The translations under genes were made by a program, and so were the position numbers. Below the pieces are notes generated by a model, which did no database searches, was not told the origin of the DNA, and saw only the letters and a program-made list of their open reading frames with translations. 64,000 nucleotides of DNA from Paraspadella gotoi (taxonomy: Eukaryota; Animalia; Chaetognatha), in NCBI GenBank assembly GCA_051294375.1, contig CM119263.1:1691664-1755663 (forward strand), in the 5' to 3' direction. Of this stretch, positions 38,101-50,508 are shown piece by piece (position 1 is the first letter of the stretch; every line of letters begins with the position of its first letter).

Positions 38101-41100
38101 GAACAACGTGAACAACTGTGAACAACTGTTGAATCATTACTGTGAACAACTGTGAAAAGTTGAAGACCTGATTGACGTTGAGATTGATTTGTTGGCTTGT
38201 TCCTGGTTGTAGTGATGAGAGGAATGAGAATTTCGTTAAAGCCTCGATGTCAGGACTAACTGAAACGATTCTGAGCGCCAAAATAAAAGAGATCATTTTT
38301 GATTCGATTATTTAATCGACTAAATTTTGTTATAATAATTAAAAAAAAACAATAACGGTGTTAGAGTAACAAAAATCTGGAGCGACAGAGGCAGCGGAGA
38401 GAAACAGTACAAGCAAACAAGCAAAAAAGTTAAGACTGACAAGCAGCAGTCAAGCGCGATCAGATCAGCAGTTGTGCATGCAACAAAATGCGCGTAAATT
38501 GGATTAGATGAGGTTAGATGGAGCCCCGTAAAATTGACTGTAGGGGCCTACAAATTTTTGCTCTTCATCTTAGCCTTTTACCTGCGTATGCTCTACTTAA
38601 ACATCAGTCCTGACTCAGTTTAACATCGTAAACCAGAATCTCATCTTGTTTTGCACCCTTTAACAACTCACTTACTGGTTTGCTCTTAAAATCAGTCAAC
38701 ACTGAGTTTGCCCTTATAACCAGTCCCTAACTTGGTTTGCTCTAAAATTCAGTCTTCTTTCATTCCAAATTCTTACACCGGTTCAGTCCGCACCGAACTC
38801 GAGTGAGAGGACCACCGTCGTTGCACGCCAATGAGTCGGAATTCCGGGGATGATACCGTGTCGCTTTCCCCGTACGCGAGAGACTGTTCTTGAGAAGAAA
38901 CACTCGCAGAGACTGGTTGGGATCTGTGAACGCGGTCAGAGGAAGCGGGACGGTCGTGAAGTTAAGAATGGAGCTGGACTATAAAATCGGCAACTAAAGT
39001 ATTAGTACTCATACCATCTCTTTACTTTAAGAACCAAGGGGATCATTGAACCTATTTGACCAATCAGATATTCTGAAGAAAAAAAAAAAACATCCGAAGC
39101 ACCTTGGAAGTTGATACTTTTATCATTTTCCGTTTTACAAGTAACGAGGCCCGAATTAAATCTACTTGATCCTAAAATCAAACCCACCACTTGGCTCACT
39201 TACCTTGCCCCACCCGCCTTCGGCGCCTCTTCTTCCTTCACTATATCTAACAAGACCGTCCACCACAGTCGACACGTTCTCAAACAAACTCACCTCCGAA
39301 TTCGCAACAAACCAACAAGACCTCACCATTCACCACAATGCGCCTCCAGCAGCGATGAGGCAATAGATTTGGAGCTCTCTCTTATATTTTAAATTGTTAC
39401 AATGAAATTAAAGTGGAGTGTTATAATTATTGAGTACAAGAAATGTTTTATTGTTATTTCTGAAGGCCATCCAAAACAAAAAATCACTTATACATTTGCA
39501 AATAATATCCTTATAAAATAGTCAATTTTCAAAATGTTTGCAGATTCATTCCCTTCATTGAAATTTTAACAAAAGATTCCGATGGTCTTTGCGTTCAAAA
39601 ACAAAAAAAAATAGTTTAAAACTTCCTCTACTATTTTTATTAATGCTTAAAACGCTTTTTAGTCATTTTTTGCAGCTTTAACATTATAATATCATAAACT
39701 TTATCTTTACTATAGTTTCTCTTCATTTTCTTCTGGTTAAAAAAAATAATAATTTTGAAATTCTTATTGAATTTCATAAAATAAGATATTACATATAAAG
39801 AAAACACAATTTCTGTTTTATTGTTCGCGCCTTCAAAATTTTGGTCACAGATAACGAGACCACAATGACCCGATCAAAGTGAACCCTATCAATGAACCAT
39901 CAATGACCCCATCAAAGTGACCTCTTGGTTCCGTTTGAACTCGGATTGCTTCCCGTTTTGTTGTGAGTCGTGGCGACTCTGTCTCGCCGGACGATCAGTG
40001 AAGGGAGTTCGACGACTTGAGAACGTTCTGTGCGCGGTTCATTTGACATTAGTAGAAATAAATAAATAAATAAATTTAGAATATATAAATTACAATAGAT
40101 ATATTAATTTAATGAGTTTAAACTCAATTAAGCAATGAATAAAAAGTTAAACAAACCTCTCATGTCCGGTTGATCATGATTCTCTGAATTTCGCGGCGAA
40201 TGAATCAAACTTCATAAAGAAGCGACAAGGTTAGCGCTTGGAGTAAATGGATAAGACCTCGATTTATTAACCTTTTGTTCATTATTACTTTTTTTTGTAA
40301 ATCGCGGTGGCGTCGCTACTATTTCGTAAAGGAATCCTTGCCATTGGAGAAAAAAACAAAAAGATTGAACGAAGATGTATAAAATGATTGAGTACCTTGT
40401 TGTATTTTTAACATTAGTAAAGGATAAATGGTCTTAAACTAGTTATATGCTATGTAAGGGCTTAGCTTTTTTATTTTTTGTTTGTAATGTATTTTTTGCT
40501 GAATTTTGTGGCCTACCTTGTAAAATAGTAATTAATCTACTTTTTCTTTTAAAAAATAACGATATTTACTTTGGAGATCTCGATTCTATTTTGAAATCAA
40601 TCAGAGCAAAAAAGTGTGTTAAAAAATAAAACAATAAAAAACACAAAAAACAATCTTTACTGTTATTGATTGAGAGACAAACTGAAAAAAAAATACTTAT
40701 AATTGATTTTAAAATTCGGGCGTCGTTTTGTAGTAATACCCTTGAGACGAAGTGGAGACAAAAGAAATAACTACGAAAAGAAATTCTCTTTTCGAGTTTT
40801 GCGGTCAATCAATCGTTTCGATGAATTTAAACATCTTGTCTCTTGGAATTATTTATAACAATACGATAAACATATGAATGAAGAAAAGAAAATACCAATG
40901 CATGATATTCATCGCAAAAATTTTAAATAACGAAAATAAATTGACAGGGGAGGGATTTCAAATTAAATAACGGGGTTTCCAATTGGTTGTTAATAATACG
41001 GAATATTAAAAACACGCTGAGTGTACGGACTTTTATTCTCAGGTAAANNNNNNNNNNNNNNNNNNNNNNNNNTCCTGGGCGTCGAGCTACACACTTTGTC

Positions 41101-44100
41101 TTGGTCTTTTTCCACGCAGCCAGTGTTTTTAAACTTTAGTTAAATACTAATTTTATGACATTCGCTCATTTAAGTTTAATTTTTAAAAATATATATTTAA
41201 TAATCCATATAAAGCATCGATTTTAGAAGATTAAATAATTGGGCTTCTCTTATCTTTAGATCTACAAAAATTTTAACCAGCAACATTAGTCCAAACGGCC
41301 TTTTTCTTCATAATTTTACCATGTTTATAAAAATTTATTGGAGTATTAAATAAATTGTTAAAACGAAAAAAACTCTCATTCTTTTTGATTTATTACACAA
41401 AATAATTTTACTATATTTAAATCTCAGATCAGATTTTTTTATTTTTTACTGCACATTTTGTGAAACGGGTGATGAACCCTTGTTTCCAATTGATATCTTC
41501 ACGCAATGAATTTAGGCCCCTCTCCATAGTGTTGTCCTGCTGGCCGTTAGTCTTTGCATCGATCATTACGGGATTGATGTCGACGCTTTGCTTTCGCTTC
41601 TTCCGTCCTTTCGATCTACATGTTCGGGATTTCTGCTTTGCTCGTGAGTCCGGCTGACAGATGGCGAATGAATGATCAGATGGAATGGCAGATGGAATGA
41701 CAGATGACAGGAAATGCTGTCATAACTAATCAAAGAAATGTTAATCCTCCATAGTTATATTTTTTTACAAGTAAAAATTTACAGAAGGTAACAACTCGAA
41801 GACAAATTAAACTGGAAACTTGTATTCCGTCGACAGCACTCCTTCCGTACTCTATACTTATCGGTTGCCCAGGTCTTGCTGATGGGCATTATTTGACCGC
41901 CCGCAACTATAATTGCAAATGAGTTTAATCATTCTTCGGTCATTAAAAAATCCACTTTCGTTTTCCGGCTGAACGATCGTCTGGAAGATAGAATTCCGTG
42001 TTGCTAATTCGTTCATTCTGTTATTCTAGTTTGAATGGTCAAGTCCTGACATTTTTCTCTTCCCCCCCCTCTTTTATTTTCCTCAGACTTCGCTACTCCG
42101 CCGAGACGTGGCTCCTTTCATGCACGCCTCCACTTTTCTAGGACCTCGCGCGCTTTTCTCTCTCCTTCATAGTCAAGCCATTTCTCGAGAGACGACTGTC
42201 CGCGCCGAGCGGCTCATTCGTCGGCGCGGCGGCGCTGGCGTGACGAACGTCACTCGCGATGGCGTGGCCTGGTGAGGGAGAGAAAGAGGTATGAACATAG
42301 AAGTGGCGTAAGAAAATTTGGGCGACAAAAACGGGGAAAAAGTGTTACTCTCTTCAGGAGACTCCGGACGATCATCTCCAGCTTTTTCGATCGGAAAGAT
42401 CTCGACAGCCTATCGTTGTGCTGGGCGTTTTCCAAGGCCTCGTCGGCCTCTGTTACATTTTTCGTCTCGAAGAATTGGTGAGACATTTGCTCATATTTCA
42501 TTTGTTGGATATTTGGAAAAAAAATATGGATAGGACTAAAACTAAATATTATTAACAAAATATCGAAACAAGAAAGAGCCAAAGTATTATTTAATGACAT
42601 TAAATCTGACAACTATGATAAAAAAAAACAAGAAATTATGAAATAATATACGACGACTTGTTGAGACGAAGTGACAGATTGTTTTAGTAAATTCGCCTCC
42701 CGTCTATCTGGTAAAACTCGGCTCTTCGTGGCGGTATATTCACACCGCCTCACGTCCACCATCGTTCAGCCCAATCATTGGTTGGCTCAGAGGGGGAACG
42801 CACCATCCCAGGCCTTGTGTTCCATCCAGAGTCCCAACGACTTCTCTCTGCGTTGGCAAAGCCAGACCGTCCTAGCCAGTGACAAGAGGCGTTACTGAGG
42901 GTCGGAAGCCTCCAAAGCCAACAGAGAGATGCCCCATCCCAATGGGCATAACAGGCAACCCGGTTGTTGCCATAATGGATTGGTTGTAACAATTTCATAA
43001 AGAAGCAGAAGACTGATGTAAGATTTGACCGGATAAAAACAAGTGTGAAATCAAAAAACAAATCCCACGACGGTTTCCTGCATTCCTTTGACATCCTCCT
43101 CCCAGGGATTCGGGGCCGCGTTCACGAGAGCACAGGACTCTTAATCCTGGGGTCGTGGGTTCGAGCCCCACATTGGGCGCCACTCTGAAAAGGTATCCTA
43201 ACCGGAAGTAAAGTGACGAGAATGCGGGAAACTAATGTATTGACGGAAGGAAAATCTATACGAAGACAAAAATGAGGGTAAAAAAAGGGAGAGAGTCTAG
43301 TAGGAGAAGAGAGAAAGGTGAACTGCATCTCGTGAACGCGGCCCCGAATCCCTGGGAGGAGGATGAAGAGGAGGTGAATGAGAAGGAGGGGGTAATAGAC
43401 CCGCGTCTGTCTATCACCTTATATACTGTCAAACAACAACATCAACGAACCCGCGACGTCGAACCCCAGCATCGCCGCGGGGCTGAAGTGAGCCGAGACT
43501 GGAATCCCGACGAGACGCCCGACCATAAACGCGCCCCAAAAGAGCGCCGTTAATCGCGCCGCCTCTGCAGTAGTCGCCGGCGTCTCTCCATCGCGCCACA
43601 GCACGTAGGAATAGACGTAGCCGCCTGTTTTGGTAGTGGATATTAGTTTAATAGGAAGAAAAATAAACGAATAAATTAATAAATTTATGTATTAATTGAT
43701 GATTATTCAAATTCGTACCGTAATGAAAACCTAAAAAAAAACCTTAACTAAAATACTAAATAGTAAATACTAATGTATCTGTGTTGAGCCCGTATCGGCT
43801 CTCGATCGAAATACTAAGTAGAACTATTTATAGAATAAGAATCCGTATCATCGCGTTCTCATTTTCCTAACCTCCGATTGGTTGAAAGATTCAAGTACTT
43901 TCTCCTAATTTTCTTTCTCATTCTTTTAGTTAAACAATACTCGTGGGATTAAAATTCAATTCGTCCTTTTTTTCATATCAAACTCAAAATGTCGATTCCA
44001 GCGGAAACATCGGCGGCGCCGGCGCCGTCGCAACCGGGAGGGAAGAAGGAATGGAATCTCTCTTGCTTCGACATCGGGAAGCCACGGGAAAAGGAAAGTT

Positions 44101-47100
44101 CGGCAGCGTCTATTGGCAAAGAGAAGACGGCGGACTACATCGTCGCCTTGAAAGTTCTCTTCAAGTCGCAGTTGGAGAAGCCAATTGCGAGCAACAGTTG
44201 AGACGAGAGATCGAGATTCAAGCTCATTTGCGTCATCCCAACGTCTTGGCCTTGTACAATGGTTCCATGACGAAAAGAAGATTTATCTCGTCTCGAATTC
44301 GCGGCCCAGGGAGAACTCTATAAAACACTCACCAAACATGGTAAGGCAGTCGAGATTCGGCCTCGAATACGATTACTACTCGGAAAGAACTTTTGGGGTT
44401 AATTTTACTTCGCCGACCGGGTTAGGGGGGGTTAGGGTTAGATAATTTTAAAAAATATATTTTTAATAGTTTTTGAAAAAAAAGTTAAAACCGCGTCGGC
44501 GAAAGTAAAATTTAGCCTTATTTTCTTATCTAATCCTTAACCTTAATTATTAATTATTTAATAAATACAAGTGCTAATGAAGATTTGAATTAGATCTGAA
44601 AATTATTTCAAATTTTTTCTCATTATATAACACAACGAAAGAAAGGATTTCACATTTAATTATTTAATTCATAATATAATTCTTAACCATAATTAAAATT
44701 TAATTCTTAAATTTAACAATTAAAATGAAGTGGGTCGCTCCGGGGAAATGCCACTTTGACTTTTGTAACGACAGGTCGGTTCGACGAAACCCGATCGGCC
44801 ACTTACATCGCGGAACTTTGCGACACGCTGGACTATTGTCACAAGATGAAAGTGATTCATCGCGACATCAAACCAGAGAATTTGCTTCTCAGTTTAAGAG
44901 GAGAAATCAAAATCGCGGACTTTGGATGGTCGGTCCACGCTCCTTCGTCTCGGAGAAAGACCCTCTGCGGGACGTTGGATTATCTCCCACCGGAAATGGT
45001 GGAAGGTCGCTCACACGATGAGATGGTGAGACTTTTTTGTTGAAATGAGAATTAATTAATCTACGGTGGGCCTATGAGACTGTCCTAATTGACCATAAGT
45101 CTTATTTATTTTATGAATATTACTCTCGTTCTTATTCCGCTTTCTTTTTAAGATTGACCACTGGACTATCGGAGTCCTCATGTACGAATTCCTAGTGGGC
45201 AGACCGCCGTTCGAAAGTCAACATCAGGCGGATACTTATCGACGAATCAGCAAAGTCGATCTCCAGTTCCCCGCTCTCGTCTCCACCAACGCCAGAGATT
45301 TGATCCGGAAGTTCCTTCAGTACAACGCAGCCAGTCGCATTCCCTTCGAGGAGGCGCTCAATCATCCCTGGATCCAAGAGAACGCTATCAGTGACTCGCC
45401 CATTCGGAAGGGCTTCACCTTTGCCAACGCAGAACTCAAGAGCAAGAAGCGTGAAAATAAAAAATTAAATAATAATGATAGACATTTTTGAAATTTTAAT
45501 CTCTAATCGCTTTCTCATTGCGGATCGCTTCCCGAATATGGATATTTTTATGAATATCCCTGTATGTAGTGATCAGGACTGTGTAGTGTTTACTTGTTAA
45601 CGATAATCCGATACGGAGCTTTTTTTAATCTCGGCGACATTATCACCGAATCTTGGTTTTTAGTCCTATGAAAAATTTCGCCCGGAATTTTTATATATAC
45701 ATTTTTTAACGAGTTTTGCTTTTATTTTAAAGGCTTATTAGTTAAGGGTCTTTTGAATCTCCAATTAACCATTAACTATTAAGTAAAATATTTAAGGCGG
45801 CACAAAATGAAAAAAAAAGTTTACCTAAATTTTTCTGAACAAAAAAATGTATCGTTTCTTACCGAATCCCGCTTGAATTCCGTCGTAAAGGAAAAGGAGA
45901 ACGGCGAAGAGCGCCGCCAACGCGACGAAACTCTTGACGCCGCTCAAGTCGACGCCGGGTTTTGTTTCCGGCGTCGCTCCGCCCCACGCCGCGATCGTAG
46001 TGCCGCTTTTGACGGACGATACTGTTGGTCTTGCGGGCGGCGCCTCGACGGTGGGCGTTGGCGCCGCGGAGACCACGGTGGCGCCGTAGTCGGCGGCGGA
46101 GTCGATTATCGTCGATTTGGATGGAGGCGCCGCCTCGACATCCGAGGAAGATTCACCTGACGGATGTTAATAATAAAAATGAAATGATTAGTTTGACTGG
46201 CTAATTGATAATTCAATTAAGTATAAGATTCTCAAGGAAAGTTTCTCATGACAACGGGGACATGTGTCATGTCCGGGGTGTGAGGCATCTCCCGACAGGT
46301 GGCGCAAAGTGCTTTGGACCTGCATGTCACTGGAGTGGTTATTCCGGCAGCGCATTTAACCATCCTGACCGTGGTGGCGTGCACCCGGAACTCAAGTTTG
46401 TATGAGCTGTCTAAGCTAATGGAGAGATTATGGCAACAGCCGGGTTGCCTGTGATGCCCATTGGGATGGGACATTGGCTTTGGGGGCTTCCGTCCCTCAG
46501 TGACGCATCCAGTCACTGGCGCGGTTACCCTAGGACGGTCTCGCTTTGCCAACGCAGAGGGAAGTCGTTAGGACTGTGGATAGAACACTACGCATGAGAT
46601 GGTGTGTTCCCCCTCTGACCAATGGATTTGGCTGAACGATGGTGGACGTGAGGCGGTGTGAATATACCGCCACAAGAGCCGAGTTTTACCAAGATAGACG
46701 GGAGGCGAATTTACTAAAACAATCTGTCAACTTTCGTCTCAACAAGTCGTCGTATATTATTTCATAATATTATCATTAGTTGGTCAGATTTAATGTCATT
46801 AAATAATTACTTTGGCTCTTTTCTTGTTTCGATTTTTTTGTTAAATAATATTTAGTTTAGTCCTATCCATATTTTTTCAAATACCCAACAAAATGAAATA
46901 TTGACAAATGTTCTCACAGATTCTCGAGACGAAAAATGTAAAGAGGGCGACGAGGCCTTGGAAAACGCCCAGCACCACGAAGGCTGTCGAGATCTTCCGA
47001 TCGAAAAGCTGGAGATGATCGTCCGGAGTCTCCTGAAGAGAGTAACACTTTTTTCCCCCCGTTTTGTCGCCCAAATTTCTTACGCCACTCTATTTCATAC

Positions 47101-48950
47101 CTCTTTCTCCGCTCCACCAGGCCACGCCACGCGAGTGACGTTCGTCAACGCCAGCGCCGCCGCCCGACGAAGAGCCGCTTCGGGCGGACAGTCGTCTTCG
47201 AGAAATGGCTTGACTATGAGAGGAGAGAGAAAAGCGCCGAGTCCGTAGAAAAAGTGGAGGGCGTGCATGAAAGGAGCCACGTCTCGGCCGAGTAGGCGAA
47301 GTCTGAGGAAAATAAAAGGGGGGGGGGGAAGAGAAAAATGTCAGGACTGACCGACTCAACTAGAATGAACAGAATGAAGAATTTAGCAACACGGAATTCT
47401 ATCTCAACGATCGTCAGCGAAAACGAAAAGTGATTTAAACCGAAAGAATGAGTAAACTCACATTGCAATATTAGTTGCGGCGTCAATAATGCCCATAGCA
47501 AGACCTTGGCATCCGATAAGTATGAGTACGGGGAAGAGGTGCCTGTCGACGGAATACAAGTTCCAGTTTTAATTTGTCTTCGAGTTTGTTTACTTTCTTG
47601 TAAATTTTTTACTTTAAAAAAATATAACTATGGAGGATTTAACATTTCTTTGATTAGTTATTGACAGCATCTTCCTGTCATCTGTCATTCCATCTGCCAT
47701 TCCATCTGTCATTCCTTATGTCATTCCATCTGTCAGCGTGACTCACGAGCAAAGCAGAAATCCGAACATGGTAAGCGAAAGGACGGAAGAAGCGAAGCAA
47801 AGCGTCGACATCATCCCGTAATGATCGATGTAAAGACTAACGGCCAGCAGGGACAACAACATGGAGAGGGCCTAAATTCAATGCGGGAAATATCAAGTTG
47901 GAAACAAGGTTTCATTACATCGTTTCACGAAATTGCATAAAAATAAAAATAAAAATATAGATCATAATTTAAATATATTTAAATTTATTTGTGTTAATAA
48001 TATCAAAATGTTACGTTTTTCGTTTTACAATTGAGTTAATACTCTTTAAATTTTAGCTAAACATGGTGAAATTATGAAAAAAAAGGCCGTTTTGATAATG
48101 TTGCTTTTCAAAATTTTGTAGATCTAAATGATAAGACTCTTAGTAAGAGAGCCCAATTATTTAATCTTCTAATCGATGCTTTATATGGATATTAATATAT
48201 ATTTTTTAAAAATTAAACTTAATGAGCGAATGTCATAAAATTAGTATTTAACAAAGTTTAAAAACACTGGCCTGCGTGAAAAAGACCCAAGACAAAGTGT
48301 GAAGCTCGACGCCCAGGAGGCAACTGAGTTCCGGGAGGGCGGGACCGAGAAAAGAGACGCAGATCCCGAAAGAGAGAAAGATGAGACATAAGTTGGAGAC
48401 GAGGAGAAGATGAGCTCGAAGAATGACGAAGGGGGACATCGAGATGTCCTTCAAGCCGTGGAGGGTGTCGCGACTGAAAGAAGGATTTGGAGTAATGTAA
48501 GAATCGAGGGAGTAAGGTGAGGCAAGTTTAAGGAAAGGGTAAGAGAAGGTTAAGGTAAGGTTAGGGCAAGGTTAGGACAAGGATACGGTAATGTTAAGGC
48601 AAGGTTAAGGCAAGATTAGGGCAAGGTTACGGTAATGTTAAGGCAAGGTTAAGGCAAGATTAGGGCAAGGTGAGTAGAAAACGTCACTCGCCTGGATTCG
48701 ACGCTGAACGAGACTCTATCGAGACGATTTCCCGCGATTCGAATTTCCGGTTCCGAGAAACGAGTTTCTCCGGCACCGTATCGCCATTCGCCGGAAATGG
48801 GCGAGTCGTCGCCGCCGGACGCCGGAGACGCGTCGTCGGCCTCCAAATCGACCGAGTCTTGAGTCTGTATCACGAAAGTCTTCAAGCGAAACCCGTGGGA
48901 AGGCAGGAAGCGATCGTCAGCGGTCGCCACGACTACGTTCATGGTCGTCG
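35187..48950 (-). CDS. MFSD4: MFSD4-like MFS transporter; copy 2, interrupted by inverted blocks at 36.3-43.0 kb
   Basis: Exons at ~48675-48950, ~48265-48500 ([31 protein letters not shown]), ~47745-47872, ~47460-47555, ~46915-47302 ([27 protein letters not shown]), ~45862-46157 ([25 protein letters not shown]), ~43420-43625 ([32 protein letters not shown]), ~35612-35747 and 35187-35431. Confidence 0.8.
36270..40975 (-). repeat. Inverted duplicate of 16895-21270, carrying exons of the two uncharacterised genes
   Basis: Reverse-complement colinearity over ~4.5 kb, e.g. 37445-37640 vs 19965-20160 and 36290-36500 vs 21045-21250. Indel-rich. Confidence 0.9.
41073..42975 (+). repeat. Partial inverted third copy of the MFSD4-like region (reverse complement of ~46425-48318)
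   Basis: Same exons and introns on the opposite strand (e.g. 42088-42480 vs 46915-47302). Begins immediately after an N gap. Confidence 0.88.
43127..43182 (+). tRNA. 5'-truncated tRNA-Lys(CTT), ending in CCA
   Basis: AGAGCA-CAGGA-CTCTTAA-TCCTG-GGGTCGTGGGTTCGAGCCCCACATTGGGCG-CCA. Anticodon and T arms are intact; the 5' acceptor strand and most of the D arm are missing. A degraded opposite-orientation copy lies at ~27583-27610. Confidence 0.75.
43989..45491 (+). CDS. AURKB: Aurora kinase (Aurora B/C-like), three exons
   Basis: Exons 43989-44340, 44775-45025 and 45153-45491 with canonical, phase-consistent splice sites. Motifs include [86 protein letters not shown] and [12 protein letters not shown]. 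The N-terminus is very short, and LYN rather than LYG suggests the B type. Exon 1 has several apparent sequencing indels, so the B assignment is tentative. Confidence 0.93.
44397..44517. repeat. Small inverted-repeat element with internal GGTTAG-like repeats in Aurora intron 1
   Basis: GGTTAATTTTACTTCGCCGAC (44397-44417) is inverted against GTCGGCGAAAGTAAAATTTAGCC (44495-44517). Also present in the copy at ~28823-28945. Confidence 0.6.
46235..46747 (+). ncRNA. Candidate structured ncRNA with an H/ACA-like 3' domain, antisense in an MFSD4-like intron
   Basis: A GC-rich island in an AT-rich intron with about ten nested stems. G-U pairs favour the + strand, and the terminal hairpin is followed by ACA. 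Present in all three copies of the locus. Confidence 0.5.
48525..48670. repeat. Intronic (GGTTAAGGCAA)-type tandem repeat; also at 33355-33500
   Basis: Repeated GGTTAAGGCAA / GGTTAGGGCAA units fill the first visible MFS intron. Confidence 0.8.
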
Positions 48951-49560
48951 TCTCCGACGCCTGGCGGCCTTGATGCNNNNNNNNNNNNNNNNNNNNNNNN
49001 NGTTTGGAAAAAAACAAAAAAAAACAAAACAAACTGATTCGCTTGAAAATTAAAAAAAAAAAAAAAAATGAAAAAAAAAAAACTCTGGTGCTACCGTTCG
49101 AAAAAGCGAAGGTTTGGAAAATTAATATTTAATAGCATAAAAAAATATATGTATTACAAGTACAGGATAAAAATTTACTGAAGACTAAAAATTAGAATGT
49201 CGTAAATTGAAAGAATGTGGCTTTTATGATGTTTTTTTTTTGTTGTTTAAATTCAAGAAAAAAAATATACGTTTAAATCGGGAAAAATAATACTCGGTGA
49301 AGTATCGGCTGAGGCATCATTTCGCGGATATTTATAAATATCAGAAGCTAAGAATGAGAAAGAATTATATCACGTGGACCGTTTGTTATTAAATGTATAG
49401 AAAAATGTAAACTTTATTTTAAAAATGAGTATGTAGCCAATGAGATGACCCATTCAAACAATTCTAGTCGCTATTAAAATAAAAAATATCCGGTATATAA
49501 TATTCAAAACGAATGCATTTTCATTAAATATTACAAGATAAAAAAAGACTATCGTCCCAA

Positions 49561-50417
49561 TCACAGTTTGCTAATAGCAACGTGATTGGATTTTATGCCG
49601 TCGCTTTGTCGGAAGCAGCAGCTGCTGGAAGCAGGAGACGCCCGCCGCAGCCGCAGCCGTAGCCGCCATCTCGTCTTCAGCGCCGATCGGCAAAAAATCG
49701 ATGTTGGCGCGTCGACGGCCTCTTGAATGGCTGGACGATGTGATCTTTGCCAGCATGACGTTGGAGATGCAGCCTTCGAGGCCGCGGGAGAAAAGGCCGT
49801 AGGAATGGCGCGAGACGGGATCGGGCAGTCCGCCGAGGAGAGTGACCCGCCCAGATTGAGCTGGGAGTGATGACCTGAATGAAAATGACTGTGGATCAAA
49901 AATGCGATAATTCGACATATTTTAATCAGAAATCGTAAAGAGTTGAAATTGGCGAGTTGACTAAGTGGCTTTGATTTTACAGGCGGGAGAAAGAAAATTT
50001 GTTGAGGAATGTTTTTTTAAGCGAGCCATTGGAATTTTAAAAGAATTCGGTCCGCGATTTTATTTCTTTTCCAAACAATTGTTGTGATAATTATACGAAA
50101 TTATACGGAATTATACCAATATAAAAATTATCCATTCATTTAATAAATAAGCTATCTTGCCCCTGACTTTTGGACAGACTTTGGTGGTTTAAGGCCTTAT
50201 CACTCTTTACAAGATAATGACATAGCAGGTCCCCTGCAAGCTTTCAATCGAGACTCTCTCACAGTCTCGTTTATTCATTCCAGTTTTTCTTCTCGACTTG
50301 TGTGGTTTTGGTTGTTGTGGTTTCAGTCTCTTGATTTAATTTATTTACATTTTCGACGCGTTTATTTAACTGCCGCTTTTTTTTCAAACCGAGGCTCTAG
50401 TTTTTGTATCACTCTCT

Positions 50418-50456
<39 letters not shown>

Positions 50457-50477
50457 TTCTCTCTCTCTCTCTCCTCT

Positions 50478-50508
<31 letters not shown>

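Noticed and set aside
46360-46460. SRP (7SL), RNase P/MRP or 7SK identity for the structured island
   Set aside because: There are short resemblances (CGTGGTGGCGTGCACC, CCGGGTTGCCT, GGGAAGTC), but no SRP helix 8 motif, no matching P4 CR-I/CR-V pair, and no 7SK GATC repeats.
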